DNA of 64,000 bases, taken from the NCBI GenBank assembly GCA_002319915.1, contig DCFQ01000103.1, positions 12,653 through 76,652 of the forward strand. Reading direction: 5' to 3'. The stretch comes from Bacteroidales bacterium UBA1800. GTDB taxonomy: Bacteria; Bacteroidota; Bacteroidia; Bacteroidales; VadinHA17. The position numbers and the translations under genes are program-made. This document shows positions 55,625-64,000 of the stretch, one piece after another; the stretch's first letter is position 1, and the number at the start of each line of letters is the position of its first letter. The notes beneath the pieces are model-generated. The model was not told where the DNA came from, did no database searches, and saw only the letters and a list, made by a program, of their open reading frames with translations.

Positions 55625-56799
55625 CAGATCAGAACTACAGAAAAAGTACCGTCTTTATTTCTGCCTGCGCGGGCATGCTTCTTTTCGGCATCTGCCTCAT
55701 ATCCCTGGGTTCGCTGGCACCCGGGCTGAGGGAGAAATTCAATCTTTCCGACCTTGGATCCGGCGCTCTTTTCTCGATCCTGCCGTTCGGGATCCTCATC
55801 GGATCGCTGGTTTTCGGGCCGATAGCTGACAGCAGGGGCTACAGGTTACTGATCTCTTCCTCCTGCATTATCCTGGGTGCCGGATTTGAGGGCATTGCTT
55901 TCGCTGCAACCCCGGGCATCCTCAAATTGTTCATTTTTCTCATTGGCATAAGCGGCGGGGCAATTAACGGTGCGACAAATGCCCTGGTATCGGATATAAG
56001 CGAAAGCGGCAAAGGAGCAAACCTGAGCCTTCTCGGAGTCTTTTTCGGAATTGGTGCCCTGGGAATGCCCCTCCTTCTGGGCGCACTGGAAAGCAGCCTG
56101 AACTTTGAATCGATCACCGCTGCGATAGGTATCCTCTCGGTAATGACCGGACTGGCATTCCTGCTCATCAGGCTGCCTGCACCGAAGGCGAAGCAGGGAT
56201 TTCCAATTAAAAACGTACTGAAACTCCTTAAGGATAAAGCATTGCTTCTTATTGCGCTCTTCCTGTTCTTCCAGAGCAGCATCGAGGGTATCCTCAACAA
56301 CTGGACAACCTCATTCATGATCAAGCATGTCAGCCTGCCTGGTAATATCGCCCTGTTCACACTTTCCCTGTTTGTGACAGGCATGACGGTGATGAGACTT
56401 CTTACCGGCACAATCCTGAGAAATTATCCGGTAAAGAATCTTATGATTATATCTTTTGCATTGATCCTGGCCGGGATCATCGCAGCCGGATCAGGCATGT
56501 CGCAGGCAGTCGTAATGACGGCATTCATGGCAATAGGGGCCGGCGTGGCAAGCGGCTTCCCGGTAATGCTGGGGATGGTAGGAGAACGATATGCCGCCGT
56601 TTCAGGTACAGCATTCAGCTTTGTCCTCTTTATCGCCCTTATTGGGAATACCTCTCTTAATTATGCCATGGGACTGATCTCACAAAGATTCGGGATCCGT
56701 CATTTCACAACATTGATCTTTATCATTGCAGTTATCCTGATAATGCTTTTCTTTATCATTGTTAAAAACTTTAAAAGAGAAAATTCAAATTCAGTGTAA
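55621..56799 (+). CDS. MFS transporter
   Basis: 392 aa with about 12 predicted TM segments and an MFS loop GPIADSRGYR. It overlaps the ROK stop (ATGA). Confidence 0.85.
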   Translation: MTDQNYRKSTVFISACAGMLLFGICLISLGSLAPGLREKFNLSDLGSGALFSILPFGILIGSLVFGPIADSRGYRLLISSSCIILGAGFEGIAFAATPGILKLFIFLIGISGGAINGATNALVSDISESGKGANLSLLGVFFGIGALGMPLLLGALESSLNFESITAAIGILSVMTGLAFLLIRLPAPKAKQGFPIKNVLKLLKDKALLLIALFLFFQSSIEGILNNWTTSFMIKHVSLPGNIALFTLSLFVTGMTVMRLLTGTILRNYPVKNLMIISFALILAGIIAAGSGMSQAVVMTAFMAIGAGVASGFPVMLGMVGERYAAVSGTAFSFVLFIALIGNTSLNYAMGLISQRFGIRHFTTLIFIIAVILIMLFFIIVKNFKRENSNSV

Positions 56800-56806
56800 G
56801 TCATAT

Positions 56807-56874
56807 TTAACCGCAAAGTCCGCAAAGTTTGTCCCTTTTGTTCTTCGTGTGTACTTAGTGTGCTTTGCGGTTAA
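56807..56874. repeat. Short copy of the palindromic element with the same perfect 12-nt arms ttaaccgcaaag / ctttgcggttaa
   Basis: Arms at 56807-56818 and 56863-56874, identical to those at 44163 and 44295. The interior tacttagtgtgctttgcgg resembles 50490-50507. Confidence 0.7.
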
Positions 56875-56894
56875 AAATTTCAAAAAAAGAAACT

Positions 56895-57656
56895 ATGCTG
56901 GCAAAACAATGGCTTGAGAATGCCCGCGGCATAATGACGCGGATCGAGGAGACTCAGATGGAGAACATAGGGAAAGCAGCTGAGATGATGGCCGCCACTA
57001 TCGAACAAAAAAGGTGGGTACACACCTTCGGATGCGGACATGCAACCCTTCCGATCGAGGAAATGTATCCCCGCATCGGGGGGTTTGTAGGGTTCCATCC
57101 TATGGTAGAACTGCCGCTGACATTCTTTACCAGGATCACCGGGGAGATGGGAGTCCGTCAGTTCGTATTCCTTGAACGTATTGAGGGCTACGGCAATGAG
57201 ATTATGAAAAGCTATGACTTTGATCCGAGGGATATCATGTGGCTCTTTTCCCATTCGGGGATCAACAATGTCAATATCGATGTGGCGCTTGAAGCCAAAA
57301 AGAGAGGGATGAAAGTGATTGTTTTCGGCTCTGCCGAAGCTGCAAAGGGAAGAAAAACCAGGCACTCGAGCGGGAAAACAATATTCGACATAGCCGATGT
57401 GATCGTTGATACCTGTGCACCGCTTGAAGATGCATCAGTGGTCCTGAAAAACCATCGTGACAAGATCGGGCCGGTATCGACCATGGCGTTCGTGACATGT
57501 GTCTGGATGACAATTACCACGGTTGCCGAGATCCTTGCTGACAGGGGTGTAAAGCTCTATATTCATCCTTCACACAATGTTCCGGGTGATGAAACTGCCC
57601 GCGAACGGCTCGATGAGGCGCTCACCGAATACAAAAACAGGATCGCGGGGGTCTGA
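56895..57656 (+). CDS. Single SIS-domain protein (UPF0309-like sugar-phosphate isomerase/binding fold)
   Basis: The track start 56865 is TTG and lies inside the repeat. The ATG is at 56895. The blocks VHTFGCGHA..., LFSHSGINNVNIDVALEAKKRGMKVIVF and the C-terminal half are consistent with a SIS domain. Confidence 0.65.
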   Translation: MLAKQWLENARGIMTRIEETQMENIGKAAEMMAATIEQKRWVHTFGCGHATLPIEEMYPRIGGFVGFHPMVELPLTFFTRITGEMGVRQFVFLERIEGYGNEIMKSYDFDPRDIMWLFSHSGINNVNIDVALEAKKRGMKVIVFGSAEAAKGRKTRHSSGKTIFDIADVIVDTCAPLEDASVVLKNHRDKIGPVSTMAFVTCVWMTITTVAEILADRGVKLYIHPSHNVPGDETARERLDEALTEYKNRIAGV

Positions 57657-57697
57657 CGTAAAGTAGGCGGATGGAAGTGCAGTGCAGGCCGGATAAC

Positions 57698-58960
57698 TCA
57701 GTGCCTCTCCGTGCCTTCTCCTGATCTCCCCTGTGTAAGTTTCTCCTTTATCCATTCCTCGCTGAAGGCCGAATGCATTATTGTCTCATGCTGCTTTACG
57801 CTCCAGGAGTACGTCACGTGGATGAGCCCGTCCCTGCCCTGGATTATTGTCGGGTAGGAAAATGAACCTTCGCCCATGTTCTTTTCCTCGAGATATCTGG
57901 TCCATTTCCAGGTTCTGCCTTCATCATCCGAAAGACTGACGGCAAGGCGGTACCTGTCCTCCTCAAGGTCGTTGTATGCCATTATCCAGTCGCCGTTACA
58001 GAGCGCGATGGCATAAACGCTCGATCCGGGATTGGGGATCCCGGATTTCCGTGCATAGCTCCAGGAATAACCTTCATCGGTTGATTCGCTGAGCATTATC
58101 CTGCCGGGGAAATCGCCGTTGTCCCTCATGAATGCCACGATCGTCCCGTCTTTTTTCCTTATGAGGGCAGGCTGAATATTTCCCCTTCCGACTATCGGCC
58201 GGCATGCTTTCCATGTATTACCGCCGTCTTCAGAAACGGCAACCAGAGAGAGGCTGAATCCGTCAGAATAGAGGGGCAGAAGAAGCTTACCGTCCGGCAG
58301 CAGCAATGGCTGCACCCTCGTCATCCACCCGGTTTGCCGTTTCGCCGGATCCCCGGCAGCCGCAGCTATCATCTGCTCATATCTGGGGGCATAGGAGGCA
58401 GTCACTACATCAGGGTACTTTATCTCGTTAAATTGCCTGGTGATCGTTTCCTGGAATTCCTTCCCGGGTTTAAGGATGATATCATCCTGCCAGCTCCAGA
58501 CCGGCGGCCCGGAATTCAGATAATCGACAGATATCCTGGTCCTCAGAAGCGAGTTTTCCCATCTGCCGGCAAGTGTGGCTATCCAGACCAAATGCAGGCT
58601 GTGAAGTGGATCGATGAACAGGACCGGATTAAGATCCGGAAATTCGGGGGTGTCGGCAAGAATAAAGGGCTCGCTCCACCCCGGGGCGCCCTTTTTCAGC
58701 CTCGATCCCATGATCACCACATTATCCGCTTCCCGTTCGCCGGAGCCCTGGTACCAGCAGCACAGCAAGTCTCCGTTACCCAGTTCGACAACAGAGCTGC
58801 TATGAACATGAAGGGCAATCGCCGGGAATATTGCCTCAGATTTGAATTCAGCCTTCACCTTATTTGCTTCCTGCGCGGAGACATTTACCGTACCGGCAGA
58901 TATTGCCAGGACGGACAGGATCATACCGGCTGACGCTGATGTCAGGTTTTTATTGGACAT
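57698..58960 (-). CDS. Secreted BNR/Asp-box sialidase-like protein (BNR_2-type six-bladed propeller)
   Basis: The track start 59008 is GTG. The ATG at 58960 gives a signal peptide (MSNKNLTSASAGMILSVLAISA). Three Asp-boxes are SEDGGNTW, STDEGYSW and SDDEGRTW. The HVHSSSVVELGNGDLLCCWYQGSGERE block is also present. Confidence 0.7.
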   Translation of the reverse strand: MSNKNLTSASAGMILSVLAISAGTVNVSAQEANKVKAEFKSEAIFPAIALHVHSSSVVELGNGDLLCCWYQGSGEREADNVVIMGSRLKKGAPGWSEPFILADTPEFPDLNPVLFIDPLHSLHLVWIATLAGRWENSLLRTRISVDYLNSGPPVWSWQDDIILKPGKEFQETITRQFNEIKYPDVVTASYAPRYEQMIAAAAGDPAKRQTGWMTRVQPLLLPDGKLLLPLYSDGFSLSLVAVSEDGGNTWKACRPIVGRGNIQPALIRKKDGTIVAFMRDNGDFPGRIMLSESTDEGYSWSYARKSGIPNPGSSVYAIALCNGDWIMAYNDLEEDRYRLAVSLSDDEGRTWKWTRYLEEKNMGEGSFSYPTIIQGRDGLIHVTYSWSVKQHETIMHSAFSEEWIKEKLTQGRSGEGTERH

Positions 58961-59020
58961 AATGAACAAATGTAGCAAACATGGATCAATAACCAACTCC
59001 GGGTTCACGAAAGCCTGGCA

Positions 59021-60634
59021 TCATGTCAGCCAGATGTAAATGAGCAGGGTTATGATTGCCAGGATCCCGAGGTGCAGCCTCCAGTCGCGGATCCCCTCAA
59101 ACCGGGCAACCCGTCCGCTGTAATTGATCGTTGTCCTCTCAAGTTTGTCAGGGTCGCTCTTTTCAGTGAAGAATGATACAATGAACAGCACTGCGGTGAT
59201 GGCGATCTCCGCCCACAAACCCCTGTACCCGAAATTCAGGGTAAGCTTGTGGTGGAGGAATGGGAACATAGATCTTCCTGCCTCGGGCCCCGCAAGCTGA
59301 TCGGTCACAAAGACCGTTGCAAGAACGATACCAGCAATAACCGACCAGGCGGCGCCTTTTAGCGTGACCTTTTTGCTGAGGATCCCGAAAAAAATTGCCG
59401 GAAAGACCGGTAATACGAGGTATGCCGTGATGGTTTGAAGGTATTTGTACAATCCTTCTTCATTGAGGTACACCAGCCATGCTGCACCGATCCCCAGCAA
59501 GGTTGCGGCCATTATGATATAACGGCCGAGAGTTACCTGTTTCTTCTCCGGAAGTCCAGGGCGGAATTCAACAATAAAATCCCTGACAACAAGTGTCGAA
59601 ATAGAGTTCAGCACGGCTATCAGCGAAGTTATCAGTGCCGCCATCAGGGATGCCAGAAGTAATCCTCTCAGTCCGGCCGGCAGAAGCTTGTTAAGCAGCA
59701 GGACAAAAGTCTGTTTGGTGGCGTCGCCGGTCAGCTCCCCGGGGTAGAGGGCATATGCAATTACCCCCGGCAGGGCGAAGATGAAGATCGGGAATAGCTT
59801 CAGGAAGGTGGCGAACATTGCGCCCCACCTTGCATTCTTAAGGTCAGGTGCAGCCAGAGCCCGCTGAACGTTCACCTGGTCGATTCCCCAGTAGAAGATG
59901 CCTGCATAGAAAGCCGTTGCCAGTATCCCCCAGAACGGGTAGACCGGATCATCGTATGGTTTTGCAATGGTAACCATCTGGGGTGCTTTGGCAACCAGGC
60001 CCTCCCAGCCTCCAACCTTATGAAGGCCGATCATCAGCATGATCGCGGATCCTCCTATCATGATTATTGCCTGTATCGCATCGGTATATGCCACCGCGGT
60101 GAATCCGCCTATAATGGTGAACATTGCGACTGCAACAGCAATTGTAAAGACCGTTGTCATTATGTTCCACCCGAGTATGCTGTGAAGGACGAGTGCTCCG
60201 GCAAATAGGGTAAATGCTAGCTTGGTCATGATGCTGATTATCAGCATCAGCCCCGAGAAGAATGTCCTGGCCCTGCGGTTATACCTTATCTCCAGGAACT
60301 CGGGAATAGTATAGATCCTGTTTTTAATGTAATAGGGAAACAGGACCGAGCAGGCGACTCCCAGGGTTATCACGGTTGTCAGCTCAACCGAGCCGGCCGA
60401 CAGGCCATAGCGGTATGAATCGCCTGACAATCCGACCAGGTGCTCAGCGCCAATGTTTGTGGCAAAGATTGAGGCTCCCACGATGGGCCAGATGATCTTT
60501 CTTCCGCCGAGGAAGAAATTGGTGCTGTTCTGGGAAGCTTTCTTCCGGTAGGCCATATAGAGTCCATAGGAGAGGCTGCCTCCCATTGTAACGGCAAGGA
60601 CCATCCAGTCGAGGAAGGATAATGAAAGACTCAT
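59021..60634 (-). CDS. Sodium:solute symporter (SSS/SLC5 family)
   Basis: The track start 60664 is TTG and the ATG is at 60634. The protein has about 13-14 TM segments and typical SSS blocks (FFLGGRKIIWPIVGASIFATNIGAEHLVGLSG). Confidence 0.9.
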   Translation of the reverse strand: MSLSLSFLDWMVLAVTMGGSLSYGLYMAYRKKASQNSTNFFLGGRKIIWPIVGASIFATNIGAEHLVGLSGDSYRYGLSAGSVELTTVITLGVACSVLFPYYIKNRIYTIPEFLEIRYNRRARTFFSGLMLIISIMTKLAFTLFAGALVLHSILGWNIMTTVFTIAVAVAMFTIIGGFTAVAYTDAIQAIIMIGGSAIMLMIGLHKVGGWEGLVAKAPQMVTIAKPYDDPVYPFWGILATAFYAGIFYWGIDQVNVQRALAAPDLKNARWGAMFATFLKLFPIFIFALPGVIAYALYPGELTGDATKQTFVLLLNKLLPAGLRGLLLASLMAALITSLIAVLNSISTLVVRDFIVEFRPGLPEKKQVTLGRYIIMAATLLGIGAAWLVYLNEEGLYKYLQTITAYLVLPVFPAIFFGILSKKVTLKGAAWSVIAGIVLATVFVTDQLAGPEAGRSMFPFLHHKLTLNFGYRGLWAEIAITAVLFIVSFFTEKSDPDKLERTTINYSGRVARFEGIRDWRLHLGILAIITLLIYIWLT

Positions 60635-60641
60635 ATGAGGA

Positions 60642-61919
60642 TCAGTGGTTGAGATTGGCTGCAATCATGTCAAGACGCCGGATACTCTGGATCATTGATC
60701 TTACAGTATGGTAGTTGATCTTCCACGAATGACCCATGTGCGTCCAGATTGGATCACCACGGCGTGACATCAGCGGGAACCACTCACCGATACCCCTGTT
60801 TATCATTTTGTCGAAAACGAACCTGTGGACGTTTTTATAAGCGTTCCAGTATTTCTCATCACCGAACAGAAGCACCGCATCCAGGAGACCGGTCAGGACC
60901 TCGGCCTGCTGCCAGAATTCCTTCTCCCTGTCGTAGACACCTCCGGAGTGGGGGCCTTCAACATAGACCCCGCCAAATTCATAATCAATCCCGTTATCGA
61001 CGGTATGGTCGAAGATTGTCCTGAAGAGCCCGGCATTATCCGCCGGATCGATCTTAAGGATGTCGCAGGCATGGATAAGCAACCAGGCAAATTCTGCATT
61101 ATGTCCGAAACAAGTGTTATCCGTAGCGTTCCCTTTCTGCCCTTCTGCTGAAAACCTGTCCCAGCCCCAGATAACGTCGAATTTTATCTGCGGAGCGACC
61201 TCCCAGTTCTTAAAGAACTGCGGGATCCCGGTCTTATAAACCGGGTGGATTATCCTGTACATGAGCAGGTCAATGTCCTCGAGCAGCTTTCGCCTGTGGA
61301 CCTCTCTTCCGGAACATTCATAGAGGGCAGTGAAGGCTTCCATGAGGTGCATATGAACATCGAGGGTTTTCCTGTCGCCGCCCTTGCCTCCGGGACCTTT
61401 GATCGTCCAGTCCCGGTGAAACATCTCCCAGTATCCCCCGTACATCGAATCGACGCAGTACTTCTGAATGAGGTCGAATACCTTCTCAGCATATTCGATC
61501 CCCCTCGGATCACCGGTTGCAAGGGTGTATTCACTCAGTGCATAGATCGCGAAGCTTTGCCCGTAAATGATCTTCTCGTCGATCTTTACATTCCCTTTCC
61601 GGTCCATCATCCAGAAGAAGCCCCCATGCATTCTGTCCCACATCTTATTGATCAGGAAATCTGCACCATGCCTGGCATGCGGTTCGCACTCGCCATTTCC
61701 GTAACCGGCCCGGTGTGCCGACGACATTGTGTAAAGACATCTGGTCTGAGCAATCAGCGACTTTTCATCCTCGCCGGAGTCATTTCCGTCTTTGTCAAAA
61801 TGCGTCAGGTAGCCGCCGTTAGGAACATCCTTCATCCGGGTAGTCCAGAAGGGGAGGAGCTCATTTACAAGATGATGTTCTGCCTCATTTCTTAATTGAA
61901 GTACTTCAGTCCTGTTCAT
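60642..61919 (-). CDS. AGE-family epimerase/isomerase (N-acylglucosamine 2-epimerase superfamily)
   Basis: 425 aa. LLPFWTTRMKDVPNGGYLTHFDKDG, IYGQSFAIYALSEY, DVHMHLMEAFTALYE and GHSWKINYH are typical (alpha/alpha)6-barrel AGE blocks. Confidence 0.85.
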   Translation of the reverse strand: MNRTEVLQLRNEAEHHLVNELLPFWTTRMKDVPNGGYLTHFDKDGNDSGEDEKSLIAQTRCLYTMSSAHRAGYGNGECEPHARHGADFLINKMWDRMHGGFFWMMDRKGNVKIDEKIIYGQSFAIYALSEYTLATGDPRGIEYAEKVFDLIQKYCVDSMYGGYWEMFHRDWTIKGPGGKGGDRKTLDVHMHLMEAFTALYECSGREVHRRKLLEDIDLLMYRIIHPVYKTGIPQFFKNWEVAPQIKFDVIWGWDRFSAEGQKGNATDNTCFGHNAEFAWLLIHACDILKIDPADNAGLFRTIFDHTVDNGIDYEFGGVYVEGPHSGGVYDREKEFWQQAEVLTGLLDAVLLFGDEKYWNAYKNVHRFVFDKMINRGIGEWFPLMSRRGDPIWTHMGHSWKINYHTVRSMIQSIRRLDMIAANLNH

Positions 61920-61964
61920 GACAATCTGGTTGAATTATTAATAGTCTGGGTTTATGATCGGGAT

Positions 61965-63083
61965 TCAGGGATTTTGATTTGATGCAAGAAGCTGATATAA
62001 TGTCAGGAGGAAATCCCTGTTGTCTGCTGAAAGATAATGGGTTTCTCCTCCCATCCTGCTGAAGGTCTTGCAGTAACGCAGGAAATAGGCTGGATTATCA
62101 GCCGGCGGCTCCCCGGCTTTTTGCCAGTCCCATTCTGAACGTGCAAGATCGACAACAAGGATAAAGTGGCCATCTATGCGGCTGCCATGCTGAAGCCTGA
62201 TATTCTGCGCCATTGAAAGGGATTTTTCAAAGATCATCGGGGACATCACTGCTGATCCCACGGACATATACACCCCATCATCAAGACCGGCGATGCTTCC
62301 CGCAAAAGTCAGGAAGTCTCTCAAGGCTGTCTGTCCTACTGCGGAACCGTTATTCAGGGGGTGACAGTAAATAATATCGTGACCGATCATGGGGTGGCCA
62401 GTGAAGGGGATTCCCAGCTCGAATGCCCTGGCCTGGACCGAATATTTCCTGAAAGGGTGAGGGATGCTCATGGATCCCGGGATAAGGCCGAATGTTTTGA
62501 TTATCCCTGCCAGCTGAATGGCTGAAGATGCAGTATCAGGATCTCTCCTCATGATCTTTTCAGCCTCCTGATAAAGAAAGTCAGGCTGAGGGAGCTGCAA
62601 TCCCTCACGGGATATCATCTTCCCAACAGATTCACCGTAGCCGAGGCCTTCATAGGCGCCGACAGCAAGCGCAAGATTTATAAAAAAACCTGTCTCTTCC
62701 CAGATCCCGAACCGCCCAAGGGGGACATTCTCCCTCACATCCTCGCTTGTTTTGCCGTGAAATGCGATCTCCCAGTCATGGATAATGGCAGCCCCGTTTG
62801 TTGCAATATGGGTCAGGTAACCTTCTTCCATAAGCGCTATGAGGGCCGGCGCCATCCCGTTCTTTATGGCATGGGCCCCAAAGGCAAGCATGACCGGTTT
62901 GCTCATTGCGATGGCTCTCCTGATCCGGTCTGAAGTTTTTTTAACAAGCGAAGCTTCCGGGTCGGGGAATAGAGCCGGCTTTTGAGTTAGCGAGACCATG
63001 TCCCGCTCCACGAGGAATTTGCTTTTCCTCTCGTTCAGCTTTATGAAGGAAAGACTGGCCCGGTCGAATTTTTGGTTTGCCAT
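61965..63083 (-). CDS. Hypothetical protein, possibly deoxyhypusine-synthase-like NAD-binding fold
   Basis: 372 aa. By eye, AFGAHAIKNGMAPALIALMEEGYLTHIATNGAAIIHDWE and HPMIGHDIIYCHP resemble DHS-family blocks. This was not verified by search. Confidence 0.4.
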   Translation of the reverse strand: MANQKFDRASLSFIKLNERKSKFLVERDMVSLTQKPALFPDPEASLVKKTSDRIRRAIAMSKPVMLAFGAHAIKNGMAPALIALMEEGYLTHIATNGAAIIHDWEIAFHGKTSEDVRENVPLGRFGIWEETGFFINLALAVGAYEGLGYGESVGKMISREGLQLPQPDFLYQEAEKIMRRDPDTASSAIQLAGIIKTFGLIPGSMSIPHPFRKYSVQARAFELGIPFTGHPMIGHDIIYCHPLNNGSAVGQTALRDFLTFAGSIAGLDDGVYMSVGSAVMSPMIFEKSLSMAQNIRLQHGSRIDGHFILVVDLARSEWDWQKAGEPPADNPAYFLRYCKTFSRMGGETHYLSADNRDFLLTLYQLLASNQNP

Positions 63084-63084
63084 T

Positions 63085-64000
63085 CTATTGGATATTAAGA
63101 AGCTCCGAAAGAATTATCATTTGTGAGAAATCTGGGACGACGAGATCTGCACCCGCCTTGATTAGCCTCGAACGCTTATGTCCGTTGAGTCCGAAACGCT
63201 TCACTTCATCACTCGCAATACCGACAGCAAGGCCGCCACGTTTGCGGGTTTCCCGTATCTCGACGGGACCGTCGCCAAACGTCACGACAGAGCAATGATC
63301 GCTACTCTCCAGGGAGTCGAGGATGCCATCCAGGATCTCTTTCTTCGCTTCTTTCCGCACATCACCGACAGCTCCGAATATCCGGCCTTCGAATAACCCG
63401 TCATAGCCCAGAACCGCAGCTTCTTTCACGACATCGCCTGTATCCGTCCCGCTGACCAGGTAAAGTCTGATACCGGCATGATACATCATATTAAGGAACG
63501 GCACCGCATTCCTGATCGTAAGGTCTTCAACCGAAAGTTCACCATTTTTTAGTTTTCCAATTCTCTGTTGAACCATTTCGAGCAGTTCCCGGTTGTATAT
63601 CTTCTTGTATTCAAATTCATTAAGTATCTTATCTTCAGGGATAAATCCGAAATCCCTGATAAGTTCAGCAAGCCCTTTCATCTGGACAAGAGTCTGGATG
63701 CCGGTTGTATTATCTATGAATTCTTCAACCTGAACCTTGACTTTATTGAAAACCGGTTCTGCAATTTCGTTGTATCTGTCACCAAGTATGCTTTTAATCA
63801 TCATGGGGGCCATGATCTTCTCCCATCCTTCACGCAGGGTCGAGACGGTTCCGTCGTGGTCGAAAATTGCATGCCGGATCCGCGGCTTGCCAATACTGTG
63901 ATTGATGATCTCTATTTCGCTGCCAGAGTGATACACGGCTTTCCGGGAATTTCCGGCAAGGTCGCTGTTATAGACGTAGTCAGGATCGGAACCAATAGCA
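63085..64000 (-). CDS. HAD-superfamily hydrolase domain protein, 5'-incomplete because the reading frame stays open to the window edge
   Basis: HAD motif I is AIFDHDGTVS and the C-terminal motif is TFGDGPVE. The track start 63936 is GTG, but my manual translation finds no in-frame stop from 63937 to 64000, so a longer N-terminal domain is likely. Confidence 0.7.
   Translation of the reverse strand, partial: AIGSDPDYVYNSDLAGNSRKAVYHSGSEIEIINHSIGKPRIRHAIFDHDGTVSTLREGWEKIMAPMMIKSILGDRYNEIAEPVFNKVKVQVEEFIDNTTGIQTLVQMKGLAELIRDFGFIPEDKILNEFEYKKIYNRELLEMVQQRIGKLKNGELSVEDLTIRNAVPFLNMMYHAGIRLYLVSGTDTGDVVKEAAVLGYDGLFEGRIFGAVGDVRKEAKKEILDGILDSLESSDHCSVVTFGDGPVEIRETRKRGGLAVGIASDEVKRFGLNGHKRSRLIKAGADLVVPDFSQMIILSELLNIQ

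Noticed and set aside
57698-63083. Canonical nan (sialic acid) operon
   Set aside because: No NanA/NanL aldolase, NanK or NagB is present in the window. The BNR protein was not verified to carry the sialidase catalytic residues. It is therefore reported only as a sialic-acid-like skeleton.
1-64000. tRNA, rRNA, tmRNA, RNase P or SRP RNA genes in the larger intergenic gaps (15424-15638, 18660-18886, 27442-27691, 40943-41057, 44130-44417, 47028-47161, 50421-50584)
   Set aside because: I could not recognise any cloverleaf-compatible sequence, conserved T-loop (GTTCGAATC-like) or other signature by eye. A covariance-model scan (tRNAscan-SE or Infernal) would be needed to exclude them formally.

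Overview
The window looks like a chromosomal segment of a Bacteroidota-type genome. Support for this: a fused SecDF, Y_Y_Y/beta-propeller sensors, several TAnnTTTG -7 boxes, little Shine-Dalgarno signal, and many FtsX/HlyD/TolC exporter genes. It is densely coding, with about 48 CDS. I found no rRNA, tRNA, CRISPR array, transposase or integrase. Housekeeping genes are der, era, a pseudouridine synthase, glmM, secDF, tatA, mutS and a thioredoxin. There are two HlyD/FtsX-type ABC exporter loci. One of them has a sigma54-type promoter and its own NtrC-type regulator and kinase. Other content includes secreted glycoside-hydrolase fusion proteins and a bipartite amino-sugar or sialic-acid-like utilisation region. 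The most unusual content is a six-gene hyf/hyc-like membrane complex at 20169-27441 on the minus strand. Its large subunit has lost the [NiFe] cysteine motifs. Its small subunit has lost three of four proximal Fe-S ligands but keeps exactly one ferredoxin-type cluster motif. This fits an Ehr-type hydrogenase-related complex of unknown function. Non-coding DNA holds two kinds of unexplained structure. The first is heptamer tandem arrays that run up to, or to within a few nucleotides of, start codons. The second is a dispersed family of palindromic intergenic elements that share exact 12-18 nt cores. All functional calls rest on motif recognition by eye, and several ORF-track starts are TTG or GTG and were moved to nearby ATGs.
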